NCBI GenBank assembly: GCA_963825575.1
Contig: CAWGUB010000018.1
Coordinates: 179,419 to 243,418, forward strand
Origin: an uncultured delta proteobacterium
GTDB taxonomy: Bacteria; Desulfobacterota; Desulfuromonadia; Desulfuromonadales; BM103
Length of the DNA stretch: 64,000 bases
Direction of reading: 5' to 3'
Shown: one piece after another, positions 28,489 through 39,027 of the stretch
Layout of the letters: every line of letters starts with the position of its first letter
How positions within the stretch are numbered: the first letter of the stretch is position 1
Translations under genes and position numbers: made by a program
The notes under the pieces: generated by a model
Seen by the model: only the letters and a program-made list of their open reading frames with translations
Database searches by the model: none
Told to the model about the DNA's origin: nothing

Positions 28489-29646
28489 TTAAAATGTTCT
28501 GATTTCGTTATACAACGTATCCCGCTCCACCGGCTGTTTCCCGGCTTTACGAATCAGTTCAACCAGCTGGTCCTTGCTCACCTGCTGGGGCGAATCAGCC
28601 CCGGCATCGTGGCCGATCTGCTCTTCGACAACGGTGCCGTCGAGATCGTTGACACCGAAGGCAAGGGCAACCTGGGCGACTTTTAACCCCAGCATGACCC
28701 AGTAAGCCTTGATGTGTCGGAAATTATCGAGATAGATTCTGCTGACAGCCAAAGTCTTGAGCGCATCAACACCGCCGACCCCCCTGGCGGCAGGCACCCG
28801 GGTGTTATCCGGCTGAAAAGCCAGAGGGATGAACGCCTGGAAGCCGCCGGTCCGATCTTGCAGTTCGCGCAGCCTGGCCAGATGATCGACCCGGTCGGCA
28901 AAATTTTCAACATGGCCGAACAGCATTGTGGCATTGGTCTTCAGCCCGCCGATGTGCACCTGCTCCGTCACCTCCAGCCAACGCTCACCGCTGATTTTTT
29001 CCGGGCAGATCTGCTTGCGCACTTCCGGGGCAAAAATTTCCGCCCCACCCCCGGGCATGGAGTCGAGGCCGGCCACCTTCAACTCGGCAACGACCTCGGC
29101 AGGTGACTGCTGCGTCAGCCGGGCAAAATAGTCAATCTCAACCGCCGTGAAGGCTTTGATGTGCAGTTGCGGATTGTCCGCCTTCATCGCGGCCAGGATC
29201 TCGAGGTAGAAGTCAAAGGGCAAATCGGGGTGCAACCCCCCGACCATATGGATTTCTGTCGCTCCTGCATCACTGGCCTCGGCGGCACGTTCGAGAATGT
29301 CGTTAAGTGCCAGGGTGTAGCTACCGTCATCGTTTTCGTCTTCACGGCTGAAAGCGCAGAACGTGCAACGGTTGACACAGATATTGGTGTAATTGATGTG
29401 ACGATTGATATTGAAATAAACCTTGTCGCCATTGATTTGCTGGTTGGCCAGGGCCGCCAGCTCGCCGATCGCTAGCAGATCGTCAGACTCGAAAAGCGCA
29501 AGGGCTTCGTCGTTGGAGACGCGGGCACCGTTTTCAATCTTGGTCCGGATATTCTGAAACAAGTTCACCACTTTATTTATATCCTGAAAAAGGCCATGGC
29601 AGACATGCAGAAGGATTTCTGCCGTTAGCCCTTTTCCTCTCCCCAC
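28489..29646 (-). CDS. mqnE: radical-SAM aminofutalosine synthase
   Basis: 385-codon ORF with a GTG start that overlaps the ubiX-like stop by 22 nt. A later GTG at about 29571 is also possible. It has FNINRHINYTNICVNRCTFCAFSRE. Confidence 0.6.
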   Translation of the reverse strand: MGRGKGLTAEILLHVCHGLFQDINKVVNLFQNIRTKIENGARVSNDEALALFESDDLLAIGELAALANQQINGDKVYFNINRHINYTNICVNRCTFCAFSREDENDDGSYTLALNDILERAAEASDAGATEIHMVGGLHPDLPFDFYLEILAAMKADNPQLHIKAFTAVEIDYFARLTQQSPAEVVAELKVAGLDSMPGGGAEIFAPEVRKQICPEKISGERWLEVTEQVHIGGLKTNATMLFGHVENFADRVDHLARLRELQDRTGGFQAFIPLAFQPDNTRVPAARGVGGVDALKTLAVSRIYLDNFRHIKAYWVMLGLKVAQVALAFGVNDLDGTVVEEQIGHDAGADSPQQVSKDQLVELIRKAGKQPVERDTLYNEIRTF

Positions 29647-30248
29647 CGGGCAAAAAGGTCATGGTCAATGCCGAGCTGATCGAGAACCTTGCCGACAACA
29701 AAATCAACCAGGTCAGAGATCTTTTCCGGGCCATGGTAGAAGCCCGGCATCGCCGGCAGAATGACAGCACCCGCCTGCGAGAGACGCAACAGGTTTTCGA
29801 GATGAATCGTATTGAATGGCGTTTCTCTCGGCACCATGATCAACGGGCGGCGCTCCTTGAGCATCACGTCCGCGGCCCGTTCCAGCAGGTTGCTGCTCAA
29901 GCCCGCAGCAACCCTGCCGGCGGTACCCATCGAACAGGGCATGACGATCATGGCATCGGCGGGGTTCGAACCGCTGGCAGAGCCTGCCCAGAAATCATCT
30001 ATATCCAGGCAATCGACGGCGATACTGGCAAAATGTTCCTGTACCTGGTGGCGCTGAGGTTTGCTCTCTGCCGACCAGTCAAGCCCGACCTCATGCTTCA
30101 GGACCTGGCGACCCGCCGCAGTCAGAATCAGGCTGACCCGACATCCCGCCCGCAATAATTCGCTGACCAGGCCGAGGCCATAGATCGAACCTGAGGCGCC
30201 GGTGATAGCGACGACAAAATGCCGTATATCGTGATTGTCCGTCGACAT
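29625..30248 (-). CDS. ubiX: UbiX-family flavin prenyltransferase (MqnL-like role plausible)
   Basis: 207 aa with VVAITGASGSIYGL and MVPRETP motifs. Confidence 0.85.
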   Translation of the reverse strand: MSTDNHDIRHFVVAITGASGSIYGLGLVSELLRAGCRVSLILTAAGRQVLKHEVGLDWSAESKPQRHQVQEHFASIAVDCLDIDDFWAGSASGSNPADAMIVMPCSMGTAGRVAAGLSSNLLERAADVMLKERRPLIMVPRETPFNTIHLENLLRLSQAGAVILPAMPGFYHGPEKISDLVDFVVGKVLDQLGIDHDLFARWGEEKG

Positions 30249-30260
30249 GATTATCCCGTT

Positions 30261-31145
30261 CTAGACAAGTGCATCCACAAGGGTAAAAAGGAAGATTGTC
30301 ACGCTGATGTAACCGTTCATATTGAAAAAGGCCGCGTCCAGGCGCGACAGATCATCAGGTCGCACCAGTAGATGTTCGTAGATCAGCAATCCGGTCACCA
30401 CCATGACACCGACAAGGTAAATAGCCCCCAGCCCCTTGCTGAACACCAGCGCCAACAGCAGGATCACCATCACCAGATGGAATATGCGCACAATCAGGAA
30501 CGAGCGCTCGATGCCGAAGCGTGAAGGGATCGAAAAGAGCCCCTTGTCGCGATCGTATTGGTAATCCTGCAGCGCGTAGAAGATATCAAAACCAGCCACC
30601 CAGAAAAGCACCGCAAAACCGAGGACCATGACCGGCCAGCCAACGTCTCCGCGCAACGCGATCCAGGCTCCAATCGGCGCAGCCGCGAGGCAAATCCCGA
30701 GGACAAGGTGGGCCATGGCGGTAAACCGCTTGCAGAAGCTGTAGAGGGCCAGGAAGAAGATCGCCACCGGTGCCAGCTTCAGGCAAAGCGGGTTGAGCAT
30801 CCACGCGGCAACCAACAAAAGCGCAAAAGCGCCAAGCACCAGCAGCCATGCTTCAACTGGATGGACTTTGCCTGCCGGGAGGTGGCGCTCGGCAGTCCGA
30901 GGGTTCTCCGCATCGATGCGCGCGTCAATAATGCGGTTCAACCCCATGGCCCCGGTCCGGGCCCCGACCATGGCCAGGCAGACCCAGAAGACCTGGCCAA
31001 ACGACGGTGCGCTGCCGCTTGCCAATGAGGCAAGCACCACGCCCATCAGGGCAAAGGGAAAAGCAAAAACCGTGTGGGAGAACTTGATCATCTCCAGCAA
31101 GGTCGTCAGCTTGGCCAAAAGGCTATTTGTGATTGTCGTATCCAT
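30261..31145 (-). CDS. UbiA-family aromatic prenyltransferase (MqnP-like)
   Basis: 294 aa, polytopic. It has NRIIDARIDAENPRT and a YALQDYQYD second Asp-rich motif. It is adjacent to the ubiX-like gene and mqnE/C. Confidence 0.8.
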   Translation of the reverse strand: MDTTITNSLLAKLTTLLEMIKFSHTVFAFPFALMGVVLASLASGSAPSFGQVFWVCLAMVGARTGAMGLNRIIDARIDAENPRTAERHLPAGKVHPVEAWLLVLGAFALLLVAAWMLNPLCLKLAPVAIFFLALYSFCKRFTAMAHLVLGICLAAAPIGAWIALRGDVGWPVMVLGFAVLFWVAGFDIFYALQDYQYDRDKGLFSIPSRFGIERSFLIVRIFHLVMVILLLALVFSKGLGAIYLVGVMVVTGLLIYEHLLVRPDDLSRLDAAFFNMNGYISVTIFLFTLVDALV

Positions 31146-31311
31146 AGTTGAATTAAGCAGTCAGTTTACAACGCCCCTATCACAGGTTCAAGCAAACCCG
31201 ACAGAAAGGGCAAAAAGATTGCGTGCCGTGTTCAATGAAAAAAGCATAGCAAGGAACTTTGGATTAACAGATTGAAAAACCGTTTAACGCAAAGGCGCCA
31301 AGATTGCCAAC

Positions 31312-32223
31312 TTATAAGTTAAACTCGGCCCAGACCGGGGCGTGATCGGAGGGTTTCTCCATGGCCCGGATATCGTAATCAATGCCTGCTGAGACACAAC
31401 GTCCGGCAAGGCTCGCACTGGCCAGGATCAGGTCGATCCGCAAGCCGCGCGGCGGGTCTGCCTCGAAACCGCGACTGCGATAATCGAACCAGCTGAACCA
31501 GTCGTCCACTTCCGGATGGCATTTGCGAAAAGTATCCGTCAAACCCCATCCGCAGAGACGTTGCAACCACTCCCTCTCCTGTGGCAGGAAGCTGCATTTT
31601 CCGGTACGTAGCCAACGTCTGGCGTTCTCCTCGCCGATGCCGATATCCTGGTTTTCCGGAGCTACGTTCATGTCGCCAACCACCAGCAGCCTCTCTTCGG
31701 GGTTCCGCCGAGAGGTCAGGTCGTTGAACAGGTCAGCATAAAAACGCGCCTTGTTCGGGAATTTAACCGGATGGTCTTGGCTTTCACCCTGCGGGAAGTA
31801 GCCGTTGACGACCCGCAAGGCCCCCCCCTGCAACGGGTAACTTGCGGCGATCAGACGCCTCTGTGCCTCATCACCGTCACCGGCAAAACCGAATTGTGCA
31901 TCAAATGGAGCACTGCGACTCAACAGAGCCACACCGTAATGAGTCTTCTGCCCGAACCAGAGCGCCCGGTATCCCATGGCCTCGATATCAGACTGCGGAA
32001 AGTCCTGGTCCTGGACCTTGGTTTCCTGGAGGGCAATGATTTCCGGCTGGTGCTTTTCGATGACAGCCGCAAGCTGGTGTAGGCGGGTGCGAATACTGTT
32101 GACGTTGAAAGAAACAATTTTCAGGTTTTGAGCTGCCTTTTCGCTGTTCTCAGTCAGATGTGTCGTTGCATAGCTCGGGAAGAACTCATCTGCTTTGACC
32201 GGTTCTGTCGGCGCGTGCGGCAA
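31312..32223 (-). CDS. xthA: exodeoxyribonuclease III
   Basis: It has [19 protein letters not shown] and [10 protein letters not shown]. The start is a TTG giving a ~35-aa N-terminal extension with no in-frame ATG, so the start is uncertain. Confidence 0.85.
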   Translation of the reverse strand: MPHAPTEPVKADEFFPSYATTHLTENSEKAAQNLKIVSFNVNSIRTRLHQLAAVIEKHQPEIIALQETKVQDQDFPQSDIEAMGYRALWFGQKTHYGVALLSRSAPFDAQFGFAGDGDEAQRRLIAASYPLQGGALRVVNGYFPQGESQDHPVKFPNKARFYADLFNDLTSRRNPEERLLVVGDMNVAPENQDIGIGEENARRWLRTGKCSFLPQEREWLQRLCGWGLTDTFRKCHPEVDDWFSWFDYRSRGFEADPPRGLRIDLILASASLAGRCVSAGIDYDIRAMEKPSDHAPVWAEFNL

Positions 32224-32435
32224 TTTCCGGAGTTGGATCGACCTGACTTTTACTTTGCACAGACATTCGATTTTTCATGCAGGAACAAAAACTGCTCAGG
32301 TCGTTCGAGCCTTCGACTTCTCCAATCCGTGTTCAAATTAATCATACCTGTACGGCACAAACAAAGAAAGCCCGGTCATAAATGGCCGATGCCTTGCAGA
32401 CTGCTGACAAAGTTCAGTCAGGTTTTATGATTAGA

Positions 32436-32964
32436 GAAGGAACCGAGGGTTAATCTGTTGCCCTCTTGTGTTTCTACTCTGAAAGTCAAAAACAAGACAA
32501 AAGAACCCGGGGGTTGCGCCCCCCGACAGCGCCTTACTCTTTTGCTGGCCCAAAAGAGTAAGCAGAAAAGGGCCTGCGCTGCGCTGGGCATGTCTGGCTC
32601 GTCAAGGCGGCAACCTCAACTCAGATCAGTGAGCACGATTACATCGCTACACTTCCCCCGCAGGAGCCGAGGCTCTTGTGAGCCTCTCCTTCTGTGGAGG
32701 ATTGTCATCGGTCAGGTGCTTTAGGCTTTTCCCTGTAGACCACACTGGAAAGGTCAGGCCCTTTGAACGGGCCGGATCTTCATTACAGCTCGGTCGTCTA
32801 TTGATGACTCAGACAACCGGCAGAGGAGATGCCCTCCGCAAGGAGAAGGCACTTTTGCATACTTTTGTTGCCGGACAAAAGTATGGCGTCCGGCGGGACG
32901 CGACCCGCCGGTTCTGGTTTTAAACATAAAGGAATTAGAGCAACAGATGATCTCCTGTTGCCCT
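32436..32964 (+). mobile_element. MITE-like structured repeat, copy B (degenerate left outer hairpin; right hairpin 32937-32964; core ~32493-32923)
   Basis: Aligns along its length with copies A and C. Its 5' core terminus is degenerate. Confidence 0.7.
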
Positions 32965-32971
32965 AAGCTGC

Positions 32972-33001
32972 AAAGCCCCGGTCATAAATGACCGGGGCTT
33001 T
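32972..33001 (-). terminator. nuo operon terminator (palindromic, could act on both strands)
   Basis: AAA-GCCCCGGTCAT-AA-ATGACCGGGGC-TTT, lying 27 nt beyond the nuoN stop. Confidence 0.7.
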
Positions 33002-33027
33002 GAGATAACTCGCGAGAGGTGTTGAAG

Positions 33028-34491
33028 CTAGAATACGGCGAGTTTCGCCAGCTCCATAACGTCACCAGGAATAATCCCGAGGTAGAACACACCGATGATC
33101 GCAATCACGATCGAGATGGCCACTGTTGCCGGCAGGGAAACCCAGGCAAAGTCTTCAGTCGGATCGCGGAAGTACATGTAAACCATGACCCTCAGGTAGT
33201 AGTAAAGCGACACAGCCGAGTTGAGCACGCCGATTATGGCCAGCCAGATATAACCGGCCTTGATAGCACCGGCAAAGATATAGAACTTGCCTGCAAAACC
33301 GGCGGTGGGCGGCAACCCCATCAGCGAAAAGAGGAAAATCGTCATGGCAACGCCGAGGAAAGGCCGCTTGTAACCGAATCCGGAGAAGCCTTCCAGTGTC
33401 AGGTTCTCCTCACCCTTTTTGCCTGCCAGGACCAGGATGGCAAATGCACCGATGTTCATGAATGTGTAAGCCAGCATGTAGAAGAGGATACCCGAGTAGC
33501 CGATCTCGTTCGCAGCAACCATCCCGACCATTGCGTAGCCGGCGTGCGCTATCGACGAGTAGGCCAGCATCCGCTTGACGTTGGTCTGGCTGATGGCAAT
33601 CACATTGCCAACGACCATTGTCAACACCGCAAGGACCCACAGCATGGCGGTCCATTCCGGTTTCAGGCTGAAGAAGCAGTATTCCATGATACGCAGGAAC
33701 GCAGCAAAGGCCGCTGCTTTGGGCCCGGCACTCATGAAAGCTGTGATCGGAGTCGGAGCGCCCTCATAGACGTCCGGCGTCCACATGTGGAAAGGCGCAG
33801 CAGCAATCTTGAAGAGGAAACCGATCGAAAGCAGGACTAACCCGGCAAGAGTCATCGGGTTCTCAAGCAGAGAGCCGTGTGCGTTAAGATAAATGCCAAT
33901 TTCCGTCAGCTTGGTGGACCCGGTGACGCCATAGATCAGCGCCATACCGTACAAAAGGAAGCCGGTGGAGAACGCACCTAGCAGGAAGTATTTCAGGCCT
34001 GCTTCGTTTGACTTAACCTGGCCGCGGAAGAATCCGGCCAGAACATACAGGCAGATCGACATGACTTCCAGACCAAGGAAGATCGTCATCATGTCGGTTC
34101 CGGAGGCCATCCACATGGCGCCTGCAGTAGCAAACAGAATCAGGGGGTAATATTCACTGACAGGGTAACCTTCGCGCGTCAGATAATCGTCTGACATCAG
34201 GATCGTCAACCCGGCGGCGAAAAGAAAGGTGATACTGAAGAACGCGGCATAATTGTCCATCGCGACAGCATCATTGAATCCATATTGAGGATTCCCCCAG
34301 CCGGTTATGACAAAGAATCCCGTGACCACCAAGCCGATCAGGCTGATCCAGACAGCATGCCGCGTGGTGCCACGAGGCAGGAATACGTTGATCAGCAGCA
34401 GTCCCATGCCGAAGCAGGTCAGTATGAGAGACGGCAATATGGCCGCCATATTGACGTTCTGCAGGGCAATTTGCACCAGGTTGTTATCCAT
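33028..34491 (-). CDS. nuoN: NADH-quinone oxidoreductase subunit N
   Basis: Polytopic antiporter-like subunit. The ATG at 34491 has GAGGAG 8 nt upstream (the track ORF starts at a TTG at 34506). Assignment also follows from gene order. Confidence 0.9.
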   Translation of the reverse strand: MDNNLVQIALQNVNMAAILPSLILTCFGMGLLLINVFLPRGTTRHAVWISLIGLVVTGFFVITGWGNPQYGFNDAVAMDNYAAFFSITFLFAAGLTILMSDDYLTREGYPVSEYYPLILFATAGAMWMASGTDMMTIFLGLEVMSICLYVLAGFFRGQVKSNEAGLKYFLLGAFSTGFLLYGMALIYGVTGSTKLTEIGIYLNAHGSLLENPMTLAGLVLLSIGFLFKIAAAPFHMWTPDVYEGAPTPITAFMSAGPKAAAFAAFLRIMEYCFFSLKPEWTAMLWVLAVLTMVVGNVIAISQTNVKRMLAYSSIAHAGYAMVGMVAANEIGYSGILFYMLAYTFMNIGAFAILVLAGKKGEENLTLEGFSGFGYKRPFLGVAMTIFLFSLMGLPPTAGFAGKFYIFAGAIKAGYIWLAIIGVLNSAVSLYYYLRVMVYMYFRDPTEDFAWVSLPATVAISIVIAIIGVFYLGIIPGDVMELAKLAVF

Positions 34492-34523
34492 TGAATGGCT
34501 CCTCAAACGCTATGGAATCTAAT

Positions 34524-36092
34524 TTATTCGTTAACGATAACTTTTGTCACTGATTGATCCAGGTTTTCAACCATCATGGCGACATGCTGTTTCTCTTTGA
34601 CCTGGTTGATCAGGTTGTCAACAGATGGGTTCATCTTCTCGAGGAAGGTGTTCGGGTAAAAACCGATCCAGAAGATGAACAGTACCAATGGCAGCATAAC
34701 GGCCAATTCTCGCGCTGACAGGTCTTTCAGGTTCTCGTTCTTCGGATTGGTGACCTTGCCCATCATGACGCGCTGGAACACCCAGAGCATATAGACTGCA
34801 GCCAGGATGACACCGGTGGTCGCAAACACGGTAAAGATTCGCAGTTCACTTTCAAAAGCACCGACCAGGATCAGGAACTCGCCAACAAAACCGTTTGTCC
34901 CGGGCAACCCGATTGAAGAGAAGGTCACGATCATGAAGATCGTGGCGAACACCGGCATGACCTTGCTCAGACCACCGAAATCTGCAATCAGACGGGTATG
35001 GCGACGCTCGTAGATGAACCCGACGATGAGGAAGAGCGCGCCGGTCGAAATACCGTGGTTGATCATCTGCAGTATGCCACCGGACATGCCCTGCAGGTTC
35101 ATGGCAAAGATCCCCAGCATGACAAAGCCAAGATGGGATACCGATGAATAGGCGACCAGCTTCTTGACGTCATCCTGCATCATGGCGACCAGCGCCCCGT
35201 AAATAATGCCGATCACCGCCAACAGTGCCAGGAACGGGGTGAATTTCAGCGTCGCGACCGGGAACAGCGGGATAGCGAAACGGATAAAGCCGTAGGTCCC
35301 CATCTTCAGCAGGATGGCAGCAAGGATAACCGAGCCGGCCGTCGGTGCTTCGGTATGTGCATCGGGCAACCAGGTATGGACCGGGAACATCGGCACCTTG
35401 ATGGCAAAGCTGAAGGCAAATGCGGCGAACAGCCAGGTCTGCAGGTGTGCCGGGATATCCAGTTGGGAGAAATGGGCCACGCTGAAGCCGTTTTCAAATG
35501 GAACGCCGGCTTTGATCGAGAAATAGTAAACGTAGATGATCGCAACCAGCATCAGGAGCGAACCGACCGCAGTGAAGAGGAAGAACTTGATCGCGGCATA
35601 AACCCGGTTCTTGCCACCCCAGATACCGATCAGGAAATACATCGGCACCAGCATCAATTCCCAGAAAACGTAGAAGAGGAACAGGTCCAGTGAGATGAAG
35701 GCTCCAAGCATACCGGTTTCCAGCAGCAGCAACAGTGCCATGAACCCTTTTGTGTTGCGCTCCACGGCATGCCAGGTGGACAGCACGGTGAGCGGCATGA
35801 TGAAGGTCGTCAGAAGTACCAGCCAGAGGCTGATACCGTCAATTCCGACGTGGTAATTCATCTGGAAGTACTTGCCGATGCTGATCCATTTGGCAAATTC
35901 AGTGTAATGCATGGCCGACGAGCCGATGAAGACGTCGTCAAAGCCGAGCGGCAGGCTGATCAGGAAAATGATGATCGTAAAGATCAACGTAACTGACTTG
36001 ATCAGGCGGTCGGCCTCCCGGGGCAGGAAAAGAACTACCAGCATTCCTACCAGCGGGAAAAAGGTCATCAGGCTAAGAAGATGGTCTGTCAT
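34524..36092 (-). CDS. nuoM: NADH-quinone oxidoreductase subunit M
   Basis: 522 aa, antiporter-like, with an AAGGAG SD. Assignment also follows from gene order. Confidence 0.9.
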   Translation of the reverse strand: MTDHLLSLMTFFPLVGMLVVLFLPREADRLIKSVTLIFTIIIFLISLPLGFDDVFIGSSAMHYTEFAKWISIGKYFQMNYHVGIDGISLWLVLLTTFIMPLTVLSTWHAVERNTKGFMALLLLLETGMLGAFISLDLFLFYVFWELMLVPMYFLIGIWGGKNRVYAAIKFFLFTAVGSLLMLVAIIYVYYFSIKAGVPFENGFSVAHFSQLDIPAHLQTWLFAAFAFSFAIKVPMFPVHTWLPDAHTEAPTAGSVILAAILLKMGTYGFIRFAIPLFPVATLKFTPFLALLAVIGIIYGALVAMMQDDVKKLVAYSSVSHLGFVMLGIFAMNLQGMSGGILQMINHGISTGALFLIVGFIYERRHTRLIADFGGLSKVMPVFATIFMIVTFSSIGLPGTNGFVGEFLILVGAFESELRIFTVFATTGVILAAVYMLWVFQRVMMGKVTNPKNENLKDLSARELAVMLPLVLFIFWIGFYPNTFLEKMNPSVDNLINQVKEKQHVAMMVENLDQSVTKVIVNE

Positions 36093-36129
36093 GGATCCTT
36101 GCTCCTTATATCAACGCTTAACGTTCTAC

Positions 36130-38121
36130 TTAGTTGAGGATAAAAATGGCCAACATGACCACCGTGCCGAAAACCATTGTCAGGGCATAATTATGGAATA
36201 GACCGGTTTGAGTGTGACGCAGTGCCGTGGATATCGCGCCGACCAGCTTGGCGAGTCCGTTGACAATGCCGTCGATCACCTTGACATCGAACCCTCTCCA
36301 GCAGAAGAGGCCGAGTTTCTTGGTACTGTTGACAAACAGCACATCGTAGGCTTCATCAACGTACCACTTGTTGAAAACCCAGCGATGCAGCTTTGAAAAT
36401 TTTGCCGTAAACTTCGCAGGCATATCCGGATTCTTCAGATACATCATCGTCGCGACCCCGATCCCGGCCAGAGCTACCACGACCGAGAAGATCATCAACA
36501 TGATTTCGGTGCTGGCCGTGCCGTGGGCTTCGATGTTGTGCAGTTGCTGGGAGTGATGGAAAACCGGTGCAAGGAAATGCTCCAGCTTGTTGCCGATGTG
36601 AGCAACATCAATCGCGTGCGGGATGCCGACAAAACCGCCAACAGTGGCAAGGCCGGCCAGAACAACCAGGGGCAGGGTAATCACCCAGGGCGACTCGTGA
36701 ACGTGATCCTTTGCTTTCGGGTTGGTTTTCTGCTCACCGTAGAAGGTCATGTAGAGGCAGCGGAACATGTAGAATGCCGTCATGAACGCTGCAACCACGA
36801 CGATGACCCAGACGACTTTGTTGCCTCGGGTCGAGGCAAACGCCCACCACAGGATCTCATCCTTGGAGAAGAAACCGGAGAAGAACGGCAGGCCGGAGAT
36901 CGCCAGGCATGAGATACCGAAGGTTGCCCAGGTAATCGGCATCTTCTTGCGCAGGCCACCCATGTTGCGCATATCCTGCGCATCATCATCCAGGTGAGCA
37001 TGATGCAGGGCATGGTGCATGGCATGGATGACTGAACCGGAACCGAGGAACAGACAGGCCTTGAAGAAGGCGTGAGTCATAAGATGAAAGATCCCGGCGG
37101 TAAAGGCGCCGACACCCATGGCGACGAACATGAAGCCGAGCTGGGAGACGGTCGAGTAGGCCAGGACGCGCTTGATGTCGTTCTGAGCGAAACCGATGGT
37201 GGCGGCAAAGATCGCCGTCAGGGCACCGACCAGCGCAACCACCGACATGGTCAGCGGGCTCATGGCGAAGAGCACGTTCATACGACCGATCATGTAGACA
37301 CCGGCAGTGACCATGGTCGCTGCATGGATCAGGGCCGAGACCGGGGTCGGGCCCTCCATGGCGTCAGGCAGCCAGGTAAAGAGTGGCAGCTGGGCGGATT
37401 TGCCGGTTGCGCCGAGGAAGAAGCAAAGGGTCGCAACCGTCGTCACGCCAAGCCCGAGCATCATGTCACCGGAGAGCAGGTGCGCATTCTCGCTGATTTC
37501 AACAAAGTTGATCGTCCAGACACCATGCTTGCTGCCAAGGGTCCAGAAGATGGTAAACAGGCCGAGCAGGAAACCGAAGTCGCCAACACGGTTCATGACG
37601 AACGCCTTCTTGGCGGCATCGCCGGCACTCTGCTTTTCAAAGTAATACCCGATCAACAGGTAGGAGCAGAGACCGACACCTTCCCAGCCGACGAACATGA
37701 CCAGGGCGTTGCTGCCCAGCACCAGCATGAGCATGGAGAAGGCGAACAGGTTCATGTAGCAGAAGAAGCGATAGAAGCCCTCCTCACCATGCATGTAACC
37801 GATCGAGTAGAGATGGATCAGGGTGCCGACCCCGCAAACCACCATGAGCATGATGGCTGAAAGTGGATCGAGCAGGAACCCCCAGTCGACCTGCAGGTTG
37901 CCAACCGACATCCACGACGCCACGACCGTCTCGTGAATCTTTACGGAGTCGTTAACCAGTTGGTAAAAGAACTTGCAGGAGACCAGGAACGAAAGGAATA
38001 TAGCACCGGTACCGATGGCGCCAATGACCTTTTCGTTCTTGATGAACCGCTTGCCAAGCAACCCGTTGATGATCGAACCGAGCAACGGGAAGAAGGGTAT
38101 AAGCCACAGTTTATCGTACAT
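36130..38121 (-). CDS. nuoL: NADH-quinone oxidoreductase subunit L
   Basis: 663 aa and the longest antiporter-like subunit, with a C-terminal lateral helix region and a GGAGGAG SD. Confidence 0.9.
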   Translation of the reverse strand: MYDKLWLIPFFPLLGSIINGLLGKRFIKNEKVIGAIGTGAIFLSFLVSCKFFYQLVNDSVKIHETVVASWMSVGNLQVDWGFLLDPLSAIMLMVVCGVGTLIHLYSIGYMHGEEGFYRFFCYMNLFAFSMLMLVLGSNALVMFVGWEGVGLCSYLLIGYYFEKQSAGDAAKKAFVMNRVGDFGFLLGLFTIFWTLGSKHGVWTINFVEISENAHLLSGDMMLGLGVTTVATLCFFLGATGKSAQLPLFTWLPDAMEGPTPVSALIHAATMVTAGVYMIGRMNVLFAMSPLTMSVVALVGALTAIFAATIGFAQNDIKRVLAYSTVSQLGFMFVAMGVGAFTAGIFHLMTHAFFKACLFLGSGSVIHAMHHALHHAHLDDDAQDMRNMGGLRKKMPITWATFGISCLAISGLPFFSGFFSKDEILWWAFASTRGNKVVWVIVVVAAFMTAFYMFRCLYMTFYGEQKTNPKAKDHVHESPWVITLPLVVLAGLATVGGFVGIPHAIDVAHIGNKLEHFLAPVFHHSQQLHNIEAHGTASTEIMLMIFSVVVALAGIGVATMMYLKNPDMPAKFTAKFSKLHRWVFNKWYVDEAYDVLFVNSTKKLGLFCWRGFDVKVIDGIVNGLAKLVGAISTALRHTQTGLFHNYALTMVFGTVVMLAIFILN

Positions 38122-38174
38122 CTATCTCTCCTCCGAACGAAGTAAGCTTCTTAGGAAAAGTGGGCGTAAGGCGC

Positions 38175-38477
38175 TCACCATTTCAGCATATTGATATTTT
38201 GTACGTCGATCGAATCCCGATTCCTGTAAAAAGCAATCATCAGGGCAAGACCAACGGCTGCCTCGGCAGCGGCGACCGCCATTACAAAGAAGACGAAGAT
38301 CTGGCCGTCTATATTTTGTAAGTGACTCGACAGTGAAATAAAAGTCAGGTTGACCGAGTTAAGCATCAGTTCAACGCACATGAAGATGACAATTGCATTC
38401 CGTCGGGTCAAAACACCATAGGTGCCCATGGCAAAGAGAATCGCGGCAACGCTCATGTAGTGGTAAACGCTAATCAT
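38175..38477 (-). CDS. nuoK: NADH-quinone oxidoreductase subunit K
   Basis: The ATG at 38477 gives 100 aa (MISVYHYMSVAAILF...). The upstream part of track ORF 38175-38609 overlaps nuoJ and reads as nonsense. Confidence 0.9.
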   Translation of the reverse strand: MISVYHYMSVAAILFAMGTYGVLTRRNAIVIFMCVELMLNSVNLTFISLSSHLQNIDGQIFVFFVMAVAAAEAAVGLALMIAFYRNRDSIDVQNINMLKW

Positions 38478-38502
38478 TATTATGTCTCCCGTAGTCCTCT
38501 TC

Positions 38503-39006
38503 TTAAACTTCTTTTTTGGCGAGTACGACCGCCCCGACAATCGCAACCAGCAGGAGGATGGATGCAATTTCAAAGGGCAGGAGGAACTCGGTGAACATGG
38601 CCTTGCCAATCAGCTCTACATGACCGACGCTTTCAACCTGGAAGGCAGTGAGATCTCCCTCGGCGCCCGTTACCCGGCCACGTTTGATGAAGTAAATCAC
38701 GTTGAAGAGCACCAGGAGACTGGCGAGGGCTGACCAGACAATCCCGTTGGTGTAGCGCTGGCGCGCTTCCGTACCGAGATTGAGCAGCATGATGACGAAC
38801 AGGATCAGCACCATAATCGCGCCGGCATAAACCATGATCTGGATCGCTGCCATGAACGGCGCGTGCAACATGACATAGAATATTGCCAGGCAGAAGAAGG
38901 TGTTGACCAGGCCCAGAGCACTGTTGACCGGACTTTGGCAGCGAATCACCAGGAAACCCGAGAGTACAGCAACCAGTGCGACCGAATAAAATAACAAAAT
39001 CTCCAT
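38503..39006 (-). CDS. nuoJ: NADH-quinone oxidoreductase subunit J
   Basis: 167 aa hydrophobic protein. Assignment follows from gene order. Confidence 0.9.
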   Translation of the reverse strand: MEILLFYSVALVAVLSGFLVIRCQSPVNSALGLVNTFFCLAIFYVMLHAPFMAAIQIMVYAGAIMVLILFVIMLLNLGTEARQRYTNGIVWSALASLLVLFNVIYFIKRGRVTGAEGDLTAFQVESVGHVELIGKAMFTEFLLPFEIASILLLVAIVGAVVLAKKEV

Positions 39007-39027
39007 GAGTTCTACGCTCCTCCTGGC

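Noticed and set aside
38478-38609. Upstream extension of the nuoK ORF overlapping nuoJ
   Set aside because: The extension reads as Ser/Pro/Lys-rich nonsense and overlaps the nuoJ 3' end. The ATG at 38477 has an SD and gives the canonical 100-aa NuoK.
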